Positions 9,135-18,943 are shown, counted from the stretch's first letter. The stretch: DNA of 64,000 nucleotides from an uncultured Poribacteria bacterium (GCA_958296135.2 CATQHZ020000001.1:640001-704000); one strand, 5' to 3'. Notes: generated by a model from the sequence alone, not told the origin. Numbers and translations: made by a program.

Positions 9135-9929
9135 TTAACGCAACTCGCTTGCCCTGCGCTTAAGACTCCCCCACGTTGTAGCGGCTTTATCTTGCGGGGA
9201 GACCGCGAGGATATCACCGTTCATAATTTCGTTGATTTCGTCTTCGCTGAGGGCGCGTCGCCAGATGGCGGCTTCGTCAATAGAACCGTTTTCAAAGGTA
9301 TACTGCGGCCGGTCTTTGGAGCATCCGATGCGCAAATCCTGGTCATTCGTGCCTTTGAAATCGAATTTCTCAGCCTTTTCCTGCGCCAATTCGCCATCAA
9401 CGTAGATTTTCATGTCACTGCCGTCATAAGTGCCGACGACGTGATGCCATTTTTTCTCGTCAAGATCGTGCGGGGCGTTCAAGGTAGGGCGGCTGTTGCC
9501 GGTGCCCAAGAACATATTGAAATTCGCGCCGTCGCCAAAAACGCCTATGCCGTAAGACGAATGCTCACCGCCGTTATGGCAGTTTTTGTCAAACCACTGC
9601 GCGTTGTTATTCCATGCTTCCTGATAGATCCAAGCGGCCATCGTAATCTCACCGCTGATTTTCAGTTCTTCGGCAGCAGGGATGTTAACGCAGTCCGCGC
9701 CTTCGGCGGTAATGTTAATCGCCTTGCCGTATTTGCCATCGACAATTTTGGTGTTGGCGATGATGTCTGCGTCCAGGCCGTTGCCGGATTCGTCAGCAAT
9801 CGTCTTGCCGCCGGCCTCGTCAAAGGTCATGTAAATAACGACACCATCGTCAAGTGCCGCGGTGGCATCGTTTCCCACCGTGAGCAACATCACGGCGGCT
9901 AGCATTACCCAGATAAATAACCGTTTCAT
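9135..9929 (-). CDS. Secreted LamG-like jellyroll domain protein with C-terminal KAATTWG motif
   Basis: Signal peptide; DESGNG, GKYGKA, WHHVVGTYDG, GSIDEAAIWRRALS. Confidence 0.85.
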   Translation of the reverse strand: MKRLFIWVMLAAVMLLTVGNDATAALDDGVVIYMTFDEAGGKTIADESGNGLDADIIANTKIVDGKYGKAINITAEGADCVNIPAAEELKISGEITMAAWIYQEAWNNNAQWFDKNCHNGGEHSSYGIGVFGDGANFNMFLGTGNSRPTLNAPHDLDEKKWHHVVGTYDGSDMKIYVDGELAQEKAEKFDFKGTNDQDLRIGCSKDRPQYTFENGSIDEAAIWRRALSEDEINEIMNGDILAVSPQDKAATTWGSLKRRASELR

Positions 9930-10221
9930 ATTTCTTCTCCAAAGTGAAAGTCTCGCGATACAAATTATGGTGCCATTTTAACACAAATCCGCAGAAAAGG
10001 TCAAACTGTTTTTGCTGTCTGTAGTTAGGCTTGCCCTTGGTGCAGCCTATCCGCAAATCTTCGTCATTGCTGCCAATAAAATCATTTGTCCTCCATGCTG
10101 TACCGAGTGGAACGCGGCACGGCGAGGCACAGGACCACGCCCTACGGGGACGCGACGCAGCACACCAAGGCCCAGGTCTGCGCCCTACGGGGACGCGGGA
10201 CTCGTAGCGCGAGGGACGCGG

Positions 10222-11049
10222 CTAAGCAGAAGCTAGCAAAGCGTTCATCAGTTCTTCCCATCGCCCCTCAAACTTCGCGCCGAATTCGGCTTCGCCGCCG
10301 GTTGCAAGCGGGCCGCGGAGCATCGGTTTCGTCGTGTTGTGCTTCTCCCAGAGCGCCTTGCCTCCGAAATCGTTGTGCAGGAAATGGAGCGCGACCCCGG
10401 CACGTTCCTTATCGGAGAGATTTGATTTGGTACAGTGCGCCACGCCATAACAGAAAAATAGCACGCCGCCCGCCTTCAATTCAATTGGGACGGCGCGCTC
10501 TTCTGGCGGATTGCACCGAATGTGATGGTCGCTCAGCGGGTCGCGGTAGTGTTCATAAGTCTCTCGGTGACTGCCGGGGATGACGTGCATGCACCCGTTA
10601 TGAACGTTGGCATCGTGGATAGCAATCCACATCGCCGTGCCGCGCAGCGGGTCCGCGATTTTGAAATAGGCGTTGTCTTGATGCCAACTGGTGCCGATGC
10701 CGATTTTCGGTGGCTTCCAAAACGCCTGATCGAGTTCCAGCATGAATTCATCGCCGATGAGTTGCTGCACAACGGAGACAACCTTCGGATGAAAGGGGAG
10801 TGCCTTGTGCAAGTCGCTGCGGTTGTTGAGCGGGATAACCTGGAGGTTTTGCCGTTCGCCTTCGTTGTCGCGCTTGGTGCCATCTTCCTGCAAGGCGCAA
10901 TTAATACCGGTTCCTTGTTTGAGTTCGGTGTCGTAAATCCGCTCCAATTCGAGGCGGAGTGCCTTTGCCTCAATGGGTTTAAAGAATCCCTCAATCGCGA
11001 GGTATCCGTCTTCTCGGAATTGGGCAAGTTGTGTGCCAGTGAGTTGCAT
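10222..11049 (-). CDS. Phytanoyl-CoA dioxygenase (PhyH) family Fe(II)/2OG dioxygenase
   Basis: WHQDNAYF HxD motif, NGCMHVIPGSH, distal His (VAHC); GGAG RBS. Confidence 0.88.
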   Translation of the reverse strand: MQLTGTQLAQFREDGYLAIEGFFKPIEAKALRLELERIYDTELKQGTGINCALQEDGTKRDNEGERQNLQVIPLNNRSDLHKALPFHPKVVSVVQQLIGDEFMLELDQAFWKPPKIGIGTSWHQDNAYFKIADPLRGTAMWIAIHDANVHNGCMHVIPGSHRETYEHYRDPLSDHHIRCNPPEERAVPIELKAGGVLFFCYGVAHCTKSNLSDKERAGVALHFLHNDFGGKALWEKHNTTKPMLRGPLATGGEAEFGAKFEGRWEELMNALLASA

Positions 11050-11066
11050 TGTGTCTCCATTCGTGG

Positions 11067-12461
11067 TTAGTAGCTTTGCGCGCACGGCACGATGATGGAA
11101 TCTACCATGCCGTGTAAAATTTTCTTATCGGCGGGACAGACTGCAGCCTGCATGCCGCCAAGTTTCACGGTATTCCCGGCTACAAAATAGTAGGGCCGCA
11201 GCAGCGGGCGGCAGGCCATCTCTAGGACATCGCCTGCGTCAAAATCGTAATACTGCATCCGCACCCGTTTCGCCGTGTGAAACTTTTGTAGGACATGCGG
11301 TGTTTTCTCAAAATTCGCCAGTCCGTTTTCGACAGCGGCTTCCCATTCTTCAGTGGGCAAATCGTGTCCGATTGCCACGCCGCGGCTCCCCCAGGCGAGT
11401 TCAGAAAATCCCGATGGCTTGATAACCAATTCGCGTTGTTTCTGTGTTATGCTGCTGAGCTGCTGCCAGTCTGTCACAGGGAGTCCATCAATGTCCAGTC
11501 CTGGGATGACGGCGTGCGGTGGTAACGGACGTGCGTCCAAAATCCACGTCTGTGGCATCGCCTTTTGCAGGAACGGGTAGCTCCGCTTGCCGAGTTGCCG
11601 CTGCCAAAAAGGTTGCAGTGCAGGATGATGGAACAGCGCGAGGGACAACTTTTCCTCCAGATATGCCTTCGGGGGCGGTGTCATCACGACGGTGCGTTTC
11701 TTCGCGCTATAGAGCATCAGTTCCGCCTTTGGAATGTTCGGCAGATCGAACAACTCATAGAAACGGTATAGCACGTCAACCTTGTTGCCATCGACACAGA
11801 GTCCATCTTCGGTGAAAATGATTTCGTTGGGTTTGACAGTGTGCGTTTGCACGCCTGCCTGACAAAGCGCGGTTTCAAGCCACTTCATCTCAGCCCAATA
11901 ATCTGCGGATTCGTCTGAAACGACGATGGCGAGGGTGGGTGCCTCTTTTTTGGAGAGGGCTCGAATCATGTCGGCGTATCCCTTCACCATGCCATCGCTT
12001 CCGCCGATAACGGGATAGCCGAGTTGCGCATACAGTTGTGACAGACAGCCGGTCGCGCCGATGAAACCCGGTATGGAATCCAGTTCTGTGATTGCCATTC
12101 CTTGGGCAGTGGGCAGGATATCGGGACGCAGCACACCGGGTAGTTGACTTTTAAACCGGTTCATCCGTCCATATTGGATGACTGGTTCAGGTTTTCCGAT
12201 ATCCAGATACTCGGCAACCCACGTAGGTTGGATGCCGCGCGCGCTTTGGGAATAGAGCAGGTTGGATGCCCGATAAAAATTCAGCAGATGTCCGCCGAGC
12301 TCCTCAAACCACTTTAGCTCTTCCGCCGAGACCCGGAATGGTTCCGGCGAGATGCGCCATGAGGCGTTGCAATCGGGATGGACATCCCGCTTCTCTCCGG
12401 AGAACAGCCGTGCCTTCGGAATTTCGTTATTGATAAATAGACATTTCGCTTTTGTATCCAA
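11067..12461 (-). CDS. Uncharacterised ATP-grasp-like ligase (glutathionylspermidine synthase-like/circularly permuted type)
   Basis: LRPDIL, ITELDS, LYRFYELFD, VIKPSGFSELAWGSRGV; TTG start with an AGGA RBS inferred. Confidence 0.6.
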   Translation of the reverse strand: MDTKAKCLFINNEIPKARLFSGEKRDVHPDCNASWRISPEPFRVSAEELKWFEELGGHLLNFYRASNLLYSQSARGIQPTWVAEYLDIGKPEPVIQYGRMNRFKSQLPGVLRPDILPTAQGMAITELDSIPGFIGATGCLSQLYAQLGYPVIGGSDGMVKGYADMIRALSKKEAPTLAIVVSDESADYWAEMKWLETALCQAGVQTHTVKPNEIIFTEDGLCVDGNKVDVLYRFYELFDLPNIPKAELMLYSAKKRTVVMTPPPKAYLEEKLSLALFHHPALQPFWQRQLGKRSYPFLQKAMPQTWILDARPLPPHAVIPGLDIDGLPVTDWQQLSSITQKQRELVIKPSGFSELAWGSRGVAIGHDLPTEEWEAAVENGLANFEKTPHVLQKFHTAKRVRMQYYDFDAGDVLEMACRPLLRPYYFVAGNTVKLGGMQAAVCPADKKILHGMVDSIIVPCAQSY

Positions 12462-12570
12462 AATTTTTGTCCTATCATGCGCCGGGCGGCGCGGTGGCAA
12501 ACCGCTTCAGGGCGATGGGCGCGCTTACAACGCGCGCCTATCGGGCAATGCCGCGGCAAGTCTAGCCTTC

Positions 12571-14160
12571 TTAATCTGACAGAGAAACCTGTTTCACCAG
12601 ATCGATTTGGTTTGCCGCGGTTAGCGTTTGCAAGACATCCCTGGGCACTGGGCTATCGACGTTAATGAGCGTTACGGCGATTTCCCCGAGGCGCGAACGT
12701 CCCACGGTCATATCGGCGATGTTAATGCCCCGGTCTCCCAGAATTGTGCCGATTAAGCCAATCATGCCCGGCTGATCGCGGTTGTAAATGAGCAGGATAT
12801 ACCCCTCTGGCCTCGCGTTGATATGAAGTTGATTGATTTGCACGATGCGGATATCCTTGCGGCTGAAAGCGGTGCCTTCGATGACAGAATCCCCTCTGTC
12901 CGTGGTCATCGTAATCGCGATGGAATTGGCGAAGTTGGCACTTGAATCGCTTTTCGTTTCCGTTACAGGGATTCCGCGTTGCTTCATTAGAAACGGAGCG
13001 TTCACGTAGTTCACGTTCGTCAGCACCGGTGCGAGCATTCCTTTTTGCAAGGCGACGGTTATCGGCGTGACATCTTCATTCTGAAAGAGGGTGCCGCTGT
13101 AATGGATCTGAGCCGCCGAGATTTGCCCTTCAACAATCTGCGTGTGGAAACTGCCGATTTTTTCGGCCAGCTCCAAGTAAGGCCCCAAAATATCAAGCGT
13201 TCTCGGGTCGATTTTCGGTTGATTCACGGCGTTGGCGACAGGGCTGCCGCGGAGCGCGTTCATCACTTGCTGGGCGACTTCAACAGCGACATGTTCCTGT
13301 GCCTCCGCTGTTGATGCACCGAGGTGCGGGATAGCGAGGACGTTATCTAACCTCAACAGCGGTGTATCTGTTGCGGGTTCGTTTTCAAAGACATCCAGCG
13401 CGGCACCGGCGAGTTGTTTCGTTTTTAAGGCGCGGTAGAGGGCTGCCTCGTCGATGATGCCGCCGCGGGCGCAGTTAATCAGGCGGCAAGTCGGCTTCAT
13501 CAGCGCGAATTCGGATTCACCGATGCTGTGATAGGTCTCGGCGTTGAGATGCGTATGCACGGAAATATAGTCCGCTTCCTGAAAGAGTGTTTCTCGTTCA
13601 ACGAGCCGGATGCCGATTTCCTCTGCTGCGCTGGCTGAAATGTAAGGATCATGCGCGATTACCTGCATGCCGAACGCTTGTGCGCGGCGCGCGACTTCTC
13701 TGCCAATTCTGCCGAGTCCGACGGTGCCGAGAACCTTGCCGTATAATTCAACGCCGATAAAATCGTCGCGTTGCCACGTCTTGTTTTTGAGGGAGATGCC
13801 GGCTGGCACAAGGTTGCGCGCCAACGCCAGCAGGAGCGCGAGGGTATGTTCCGCCGCCGCGATGGTATTCCCTGTCGGCGTGTTGACGACAAGGATGCCG
13901 TTTCGCGTTGCGGCTTCTACGTCAATGTTATCCACGCCGACTCCGGCGCGTCCGATGACTTTGAGTCGTGTCGCTGCGGCAATAATCTCAGCTGTGACTT
14001 TCGTCGCGCTTCGGATGAGCAGCGCGTGGTAATCGCCGATCCGTGCAAGCAATTCTTCGTGGGAGAGATTCAGCGCGACATCTACCGTGAAATCGCCGTT
14101 CTCGCTTAAAACGTCTAAGCCTCGCTGTGACAGCAAATCGCTGACCAGCACCTTATTCAT
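12571..14160 (-). CDS. serA: D-3-phosphoglycerate dehydrogenase
   Basis: RAGVGVDNID, GLGRIG, PHLGAST and C-terminal ACT domain. Confidence 0.95.
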   Translation of the reverse strand: MNKVLVSDLLSQRGLDVLSENGDFTVDVALNLSHEELLARIGDYHALLIRSATKVTAEIIAAATRLKVIGRAGVGVDNIDVEAATRNGILVVNTPTGNTIAAAEHTLALLLALARNLVPAGISLKNKTWQRDDFIGVELYGKVLGTVGLGRIGREVARRAQAFGMQVIAHDPYISASAAEEIGIRLVERETLFQEADYISVHTHLNAETYHSIGESEFALMKPTCRLINCARGGIIDEAALYRALKTKQLAGAALDVFENEPATDTPLLRLDNVLAIPHLGASTAEAQEHVAVEVAQQVMNALRGSPVANAVNQPKIDPRTLDILGPYLELAEKIGSFHTQIVEGQISAAQIHYSGTLFQNEDVTPITVALQKGMLAPVLTNVNYVNAPFLMKQRGIPVTETKSDSSANFANSIAITMTTDRGDSVIEGTAFSRKDIRIVQINQLHINARPEGYILLIYNRDQPGMIGLIGTILGDRGINIADMTVGRSRLGEIAVTLINVDSPVPRDVLQTLTAANQIDLVKQVSLSD

Positions 14161-14263
14161 AGGGCTATTTCCTCCGAATTTGACCTGGGAATAACTTATA
14201 CCAAATGATGTTCATTGGTATGACATTCCTTCCGGGTCCAACATTTTGAACGCCTTAGTTAAA

Positions 14264-14334
14264 ATGATAACACGTTGATGCGTATCGTGTCAAGAAAATT
14301 TTCTGTTGACATTTTTGGTGTTTTTTGGTATCAT
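14264..14334. promoter_or_regulatory. Back-to-back sigma70 promoters (minus: TTGACA-N18-TATCAT for serA; plus: TTGACA-N17-TATCAT)
   Basis: Hexamers at 14288-14293/14264-14269 (minus) and 14306-14311/14329-14334 (plus). Confidence 0.65.
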
Positions 14335-14451
14335 AGTGATATATTTCTACACTCAGCAGGACTTACGCAAAAAGACATTTCCCCGTAGGTGCTGTTTTCA
14401 ACCGCGCCTATTGGTGTGTTCTGCGTGCAAGACTGCATAGGAGAAAAACCA

Positions 14452-14823
14452 ATGGATGAAAAAGTGTTCCATGTCGGTGGCGTTGAGCTCCGCGTCGATG
14501 AACGCTCCTTCGGATCGGACGGGGGGCCTTCCGTGCGCGTTTATGGGGAAGCGGCGGGAGAAAATGTCCAACTCCTTCGCTTTGACTGCTTCCGGAAGGA
14601 CCCGCACTATCACTACGATCCCACCGGGAAAAATGACCAGGGGCATCTTGATAAAACTCTTGTGCCAGACCCGGTTGCTTGGACAATTGAACAACTCCGA
14701 CAGAACCTCGTGGAGATGGTTTGCACTGCAGGATACGACAGCGTCGCCAACCAGATCGACCCGGCGGCCGTTGCGCAAGTCCTACCCGAGGTCGAATCTT
14801 TCATGCGAAAAGGAGGCAATTAA
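14452..14823 (+). CDS. Conserved hypothetical protein
   Basis: AGGAG RBS; LLRFDCF..DPHYHYDP motif; protein-like composition. Confidence 0.7.
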   Translation: MDEKVFHVGGVELRVDERSFGSDGGPSVRVYGEAAGENVQLLRFDCFRKDPHYHYDPTGKNDQGHLDKTLVPDPVAWTIEQLRQNLVEMVCTAGYDSVANQIDPAAVAQVLPEVESFMRKGGN

Positions 14824-14824
14824 C

Positions 14825-15490
14825 GTGTATCGAACTATAGCTATCAGCGTGTTCCTGCTTGCCCTCCTGGTGGGGTTCAGCACGTTCGCGGGGACGCCTC
14901 AGGAATGGGGCAAATGGAAGAAAGGCGAACTGCTCCTCGAAAACCATAGTTTTGAGGAAGACCAGGCCGCCTGGGAATTGGAAGATGGCGCGTGCTGCAA
15001 CCGCGGCGGGCTCTATACGATAGAGATCGATAAGAAAAACCCGCAACACGGGAAACAGTCATTGAAGGTAGTCGGACATAAAGCGACAGGGACTGCCTGG
15101 CACGCTAAGATTAAGCAGCGGGACACCTCAATGGAGGCTGGCAAGGAATACACGATTATTTTCTGGGCGCGCGCCGAGAAACCGCGCCTCGTCACCATCA
15201 GTGTCCAAATGCAACACGATCCGTGGACGTTCTACCAAGGGGGTGACATCAGTCTAACCGGCCCCGATTGGGAAGAGTATCACATCACGTTCAATGCGAA
15301 AGCGGATGTGGAGCGCGACATGTGGGTAGGTTTGTCCATCGCGCAATCCGATGTCGATTTCTGGATTGATAACTTCCGCTTCTTTGAAGGTGGTCCGGAG
15401 GATGACCTGACGCGCGATGAACCCTTCGCCGTGGACGCGCGTCAGAAATTGGCGACGCAATGGGGCGAGATTAAATCGGAACGGTTTTAA
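14825..15490 (+). CDS. Secreted carbohydrate-binding-module (CBM4/9-like) protein with C-terminal KLATQWG motif
   Basis: GTG start after AGGAGG; signal peptide; NHSFE, YTIIFWARA, WIDNFRF. Confidence 0.75.
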   Translation: MYRTIAISVFLLALLVGFSTFAGTPQEWGKWKKGELLLENHSFEEDQAAWELEDGACCNRGGLYTIEIDKKNPQHGKQSLKVVGHKATGTAWHAKIKQRDTSMEAGKEYTIIFWARAEKPRLVTISVQMQHDPWTFYQGGDISLTGPDWEEYHITFNAKADVERDMWVGLSIAQSDVDFWIDNFRFFEGGPEDDLTRDEPFAVDARQKLATQWGEIKSERF

Positions 15491-15519
15491 GGTTTGCCCT
15501 CCTTACGCAGAATGCCCAC

Positions 15520-15546
15520 GTAGGCGCGGTTTGAAACCGCGCCTAC
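15520..15546. repeat. REP-like hairpin GTAGGCGCGGTTTGAAACCGCGCCTAC (family A reference copy)
   Basis: Perfect 27-bp hairpin; degenerate copies near 1945, 4586, 9103, 12517, 14385, 24565, 29911, 43484, 46497, 47048 and 56890. Confidence 0.85.
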
Positions 15547-15592
15547 CGGCAGCTTTTAGCTCTAGCGTAAGTCCCGTTAAGGAGACAATACG

Positions 15593-16342
15593 ATGCAAAA
15601 ATTCAGACTTTCGCTGTTAGTGTTAGGCATATTGCTGGCGGCGACGTTCACCGGTTGTGATTCAGCGATTACTGTCGGCTTGCTTCCGGCCCCGGATAGC
15701 AGCACTCTTCACGTTTCTGGCAGTGGTTCTGTCACCGGTGAGCCGGATATCGCGATGCTCCATTTAGGGGTAAGCGTTGAGCGGAAGAGCGTCGGCGAGG
15801 CTCGCGAGGAAGCCGCCAGCGCGATGATAACGGTGTTGGATTCGTTGGCGGCCAACGGGATTGCTGAAACCGATATTCAGACGCAGGCTTTCAGCATTCG
15901 TCCCGAATACGACTACGATTACAACCGCGATCCGGTGCAGATTTTGCGCGGGTATCGGGTGAACAACGAGGTTACCGCGAAAGTGCGGGAATTGGAGACG
16001 CTCAGCCAGGTTATTGACGATGCTGCGGCAGCGGGCGGCAATGTGGTGCTTATCAATTCGATTCAATTCATGATTGAGGACACCACGGCGTTAGCCACGC
16101 AGGCGCGCGTTCTCGCCATCAAAAATGCTGAGGCGAAGGCGCAGACTTTGGCGACAGAGAGCGGTGTCACTATCGGGAAACCCCTTTCGATTTCCGAGCA
16201 AACCAGCACCGCCGCGCCGCCGATTGCTTTTGACAGGGCCTTAGCGGTGGTTGCGGAGGAAGCGAGTGTAACGGCAACACCGGTGCAGTCCGGTGAGCTC
16301 ACGGTAACGGTGAACATCACGGTGGTCTATGAGATTGAATAG
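15593..16342 (+). CDS. SIMPL (DUF541) domain lipoprotein
   Basis: Lipobox-like FTGC, VSGSGSVTGEPD, IQTQAFSIRPEY, AEAKAQTLA. Confidence 0.85.
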   Translation: MQKFRLSLLVLGILLAATFTGCDSAITVGLLPAPDSSTLHVSGSGSVTGEPDIAMLHLGVSVERKSVGEAREEAASAMITVLDSLAANGIAETDIQTQAFSIRPEYDYDYNRDPVQILRGYRVNNEVTAKVRELETLSQVIDDAAAAGGNVVLINSIQFMIEDTTALATQARVLAIKNAEAKAQTLATESGVTIGKPLSISEQTSTAAPPIAFDRALAVVAEEASVTATPVQSGELTVTVNITVVYEIE

Positions 16343-16686
16343 CACCGAATTTGTAAGGGTGGATGTCTCTATCCGCCCTTTTCAATTCTCCCGAAATATT
16401 CTTCCAACATTGTATCGCCATTGCAGATCTGTTGCGGCAAGGTTGCCCTACAGCTGAGGCGGGGAAGGACCGGGCAATTCGGCCGGGCATAAGGACTTGC
16501 TCCTAAAAGAGGCGAAGTTGCTGTTTCTTCGCTGTTTTCAATGGCGTTACGCGATTCTGCAAAATCTTTTGGAGAACCCACCGTGCGAACACGGGCGGAA
16601 TTGCGTTGCCATACAAAGCATACTGGCTGGAAATGGAATTTGAAACTGCGCCTACGGGGTTCGTTTCTGCGTCAAGTCTTGTTCCC

Positions 16687-17847
16687 TTAATGCTCGTTTT
16701 GAAAAATAACAATCCGATTGCTGTTGGTGCCCTTCTTGTTATTGGAAACACCCCAGCAATTCGCTGTCTTCGTGAAGTGCTGCGAGTTGATCAGGAGCAT
16801 CTCCGGCACCAAACCGGCATCCATCGCCGCCCTGAGCACCTCATGCTCTAACGGAAGAGAACCGTTTCGGATTTCGCCTACCTCAAAGGCAATTCGGCCC
16901 TCTCGCCGCAAGACGCGCCGCAACTCAACGAACACGTCCCGCATCCGAGTACCCCACGCATCCAACGACGTGAATTGCCACAGTTTGCTCGCGTCAACTT
17001 CTATGCTGCAAAACCACATCCGTAACCAGTTGTCTTGTGCATAGTCAACCGTATCCAAAAACGGTGGCGACGTGACAACCAGATCTACCGATGCATCGGC
17101 GATGTGCGGTGTGTTATCAGCAGATTCAGTGAGCAGCACCGGAACCTCATCGTGCCAAAAATGGGAGGGCAGGCTATGCCGCAATAACTGCTTGGATTTG
17201 CGGAGGATTAACGCCTTCGTATCCCGATACTCCGGGTGCTGATGCCGCTTTGCATTGATTTTTTGCTGCGCCGTAACCGAAGTTGCGAGATTCGGCGGCA
17301 ACGTATAGACAGAGAAAAACCCTTTGGAATGTCCCGTCAGTCGACTACACGCCACCATCTGTAACCATGCATCGACAGCGTCAAGTTGCGGCTGTTGGAA
17401 ATAGGTTCGCCACCCGTAAATCTCCTGCAGCGTTTTTTCGTGGAAAAAGACGAGGAGCTCCGGGTCGATCGCGGCATTGGTAGGCAGGTTAACTTTCTGC
17501 AACCGCTCTTCAATTTCAGTCAACGTCGGCGGATTCAAGCGCGGTTGTGTGAGGACTTTGGACAGTGGGTTCACATCGTTGCCGATGACGCGATGCCCGT
17601 GCAACTGCGCTTCTATCAGCGTTGTCCCGCGTCCCATAAACGCGTCATAGACGACAGCATTGGGTTTGCAGAACTTCTGAATAAAATATGCTGGTAGCTG
17701 CGGTTTGAAACAGGCACGATAGGAGATTTCATGGAGGGAATGCCCGGCGCGCTGTTTCGCTGTCCAAAACTCGCCTTCGTGGGTTGGAATGTAGATGGAG
17801 TAACTGTTGGGTTGATTAAAATCAAGTGCCAGCTGCATCGTCGCCAT
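16687..17847 (-). CDS. Site-specific DNA methyltransferase (alpha arrangement, probably m4C)
   Basis: Motif I DAFMGRGTT precedes motif IV TSPPF. Confidence 0.85.
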   Translation of the reverse strand: MATMQLALDFNQPNSYSIYIPTHEGEFWTAKQRAGHSLHEISYRACFKPQLPAYFIQKFCKPNAVVYDAFMGRGTTLIEAQLHGHRVIGNDVNPLSKVLTQPRLNPPTLTEIEERLQKVNLPTNAAIDPELLVFFHEKTLQEIYGWRTYFQQPQLDAVDAWLQMVACSRLTGHSKGFFSVYTLPPNLATSVTAQQKINAKRHQHPEYRDTKALILRKSKQLLRHSLPSHFWHDEVPVLLTESADNTPHIADASVDLVVTSPPFLDTVDYAQDNWLRMWFCSIEVDASKLWQFTSLDAWGTRMRDVFVELRRVLRREGRIAFEVGEIRNGSLPLEHEVLRAAMDAGLVPEMLLINSQHFTKTANCWGVSNNKKGTNSNRIVIFQNEH

Positions 17848-17892
17848 GAATGATGTCCTTTCGGCGGCAGAGTCCTGCGTTAAATCATTTTA

Positions 17893-17970
17893 CTATTGAT
17901 GAACAAGTTGGCGGTGCTCCTCCCCCTCCCAGTGCAGCAAATCTTTGTAATAATCCTTGAGGTTTGACAT
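17893..17970 (-). pseudogene. 25-codon remnant, probably the N-terminus of a deleted restriction endonuclease
   Basis: GAGG RBS and ATG, MSNLKDYYKDLLHWEGEEHRQLVHQ*, located between two MTase genes. Confidence 0.4.
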
Positions 17971-18003
17971 AAGATATGCCTCTATCTTCAGGAAACCGTC
18001 AGA

Positions 18004-18906
18004 CTATCGTTGTGGCAAAAACAGCGGTATCTGTTGGACAGCAGACGAGGCGGGGAACAAACGCGTTGTCCCCCAAATTGCGTTCAGATTTGGGGTAGAG
18101 ATATAGTCCTGAAAAAAGCGCGAAACATCATCGGCTTTTCGCGGTTCCATAACTCGATTGCGGATGAGTGCCACGTTGAACGCATCCAACTCAATGCCGA
18201 TCGATTTTCGACCCAATTGTTCCGCGACAACCAACGTTGTCCCCGAGCCCGCGAACGGATCGAGGACGACATCGCCCGGGGCTGTCGAAGAGAGGAGCAT
18301 CCGTAGCAGGAGTTGCATCGGTGTCTGCTGCTTATGCAGGCGGTTTCCGTCGGCATCGCGCAATGCTTCATCGCCAGCAAAATAGCCCGATGTCAACTCA
18401 CGGATATCGTCCCACACATCGGTGACAAACACGCCGTTTTTTCGGGCATGCTTGTAGCCTGCGGGCAATGGCGGATCGATGCGCAGCCGATGGAAGACAC
18501 GCGGCGTTTTCCCCTTCGTCGCAAACGCGATGACCTGGTAGTGTTTCCCAAACCGCTTCATCCCCGGCACCGCCGAGGTCTTCTTCTTCCAGACGATGAG
18601 GTTCTGGAACGCCCACCCGGCTTCCCTCAAACAGCGCAGCACAAATTCGGTATTCTTCTCGCGTTGCATGAAATAGAGGGCACCACCATCAGAAGTGAGC
18701 GCGTAAATCTTCGCACACACATCGCGCATCCAGTCCCAATATTCCGCCGCCGGCATGTTATCATCCCATGCCTTGTATACCTTGTCCTGATTGAACGGCG
18801 GATCGAGAAAGGTAGCGTCTATTTTTGACGCGATGCTGCTTCCAACTAAGGCAGAGGTGCAATTGGCCTGTAGCACAAAGCAGTGTGGGGTAAGAAGATG
18901 CTTCAT
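18004..18906 (-). CDS. Site-specific DNA methyltransferase (beta arrangement, N4/N6)
   Basis: Motif IV DPPF precedes motif I DPFAGSGTT; ATG at 18906. Confidence 0.88.
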   Translation of the reverse strand: MKHLLTPHCFVLQANCTSALVGSSIASKIDATFLDPPFNQDKVYKAWDDNMPAAEYWDWMRDVCAKIYALTSDGGALYFMQREKNTEFVLRCLREAGWAFQNLIVWKKKTSAVPGMKRFGKHYQVIAFATKGKTPRVFHRLRIDPPLPAGYKHARKNGVFVTDVWDDIRELTSGYFAGDEALRDADGNRLHKQQTPMQLLLRMLLSSTAPGDVVLDPFAGSGTTLVVAEQLGRKSIGIELDAFNVALIRNRVMEPRKADDVSRFFQDYISTPNLNAIWGTTRLFPASSAVQQIPLFLPQR

Positions 18907-18943
18907 AAGAAAAGCGCCGGTGCGCGGCAAACGGACGCTGGGC

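Noticed and set aside
8778-9902. Long plus-strand ORF (also 37911-38912, 47297-48097, 54979-55893, 60232-61095)
   Set aside because: Antisense shadows of well-supported genes in GC-rich DNA, with no motifs of their own
14456-14824. 5' extensions in the ORF track (also 18907-19134, 28595-28882, 42695-42838)
   Set aside because: They overlap neighbouring real genes; downstream starts fit the RBS or family N-terminus better
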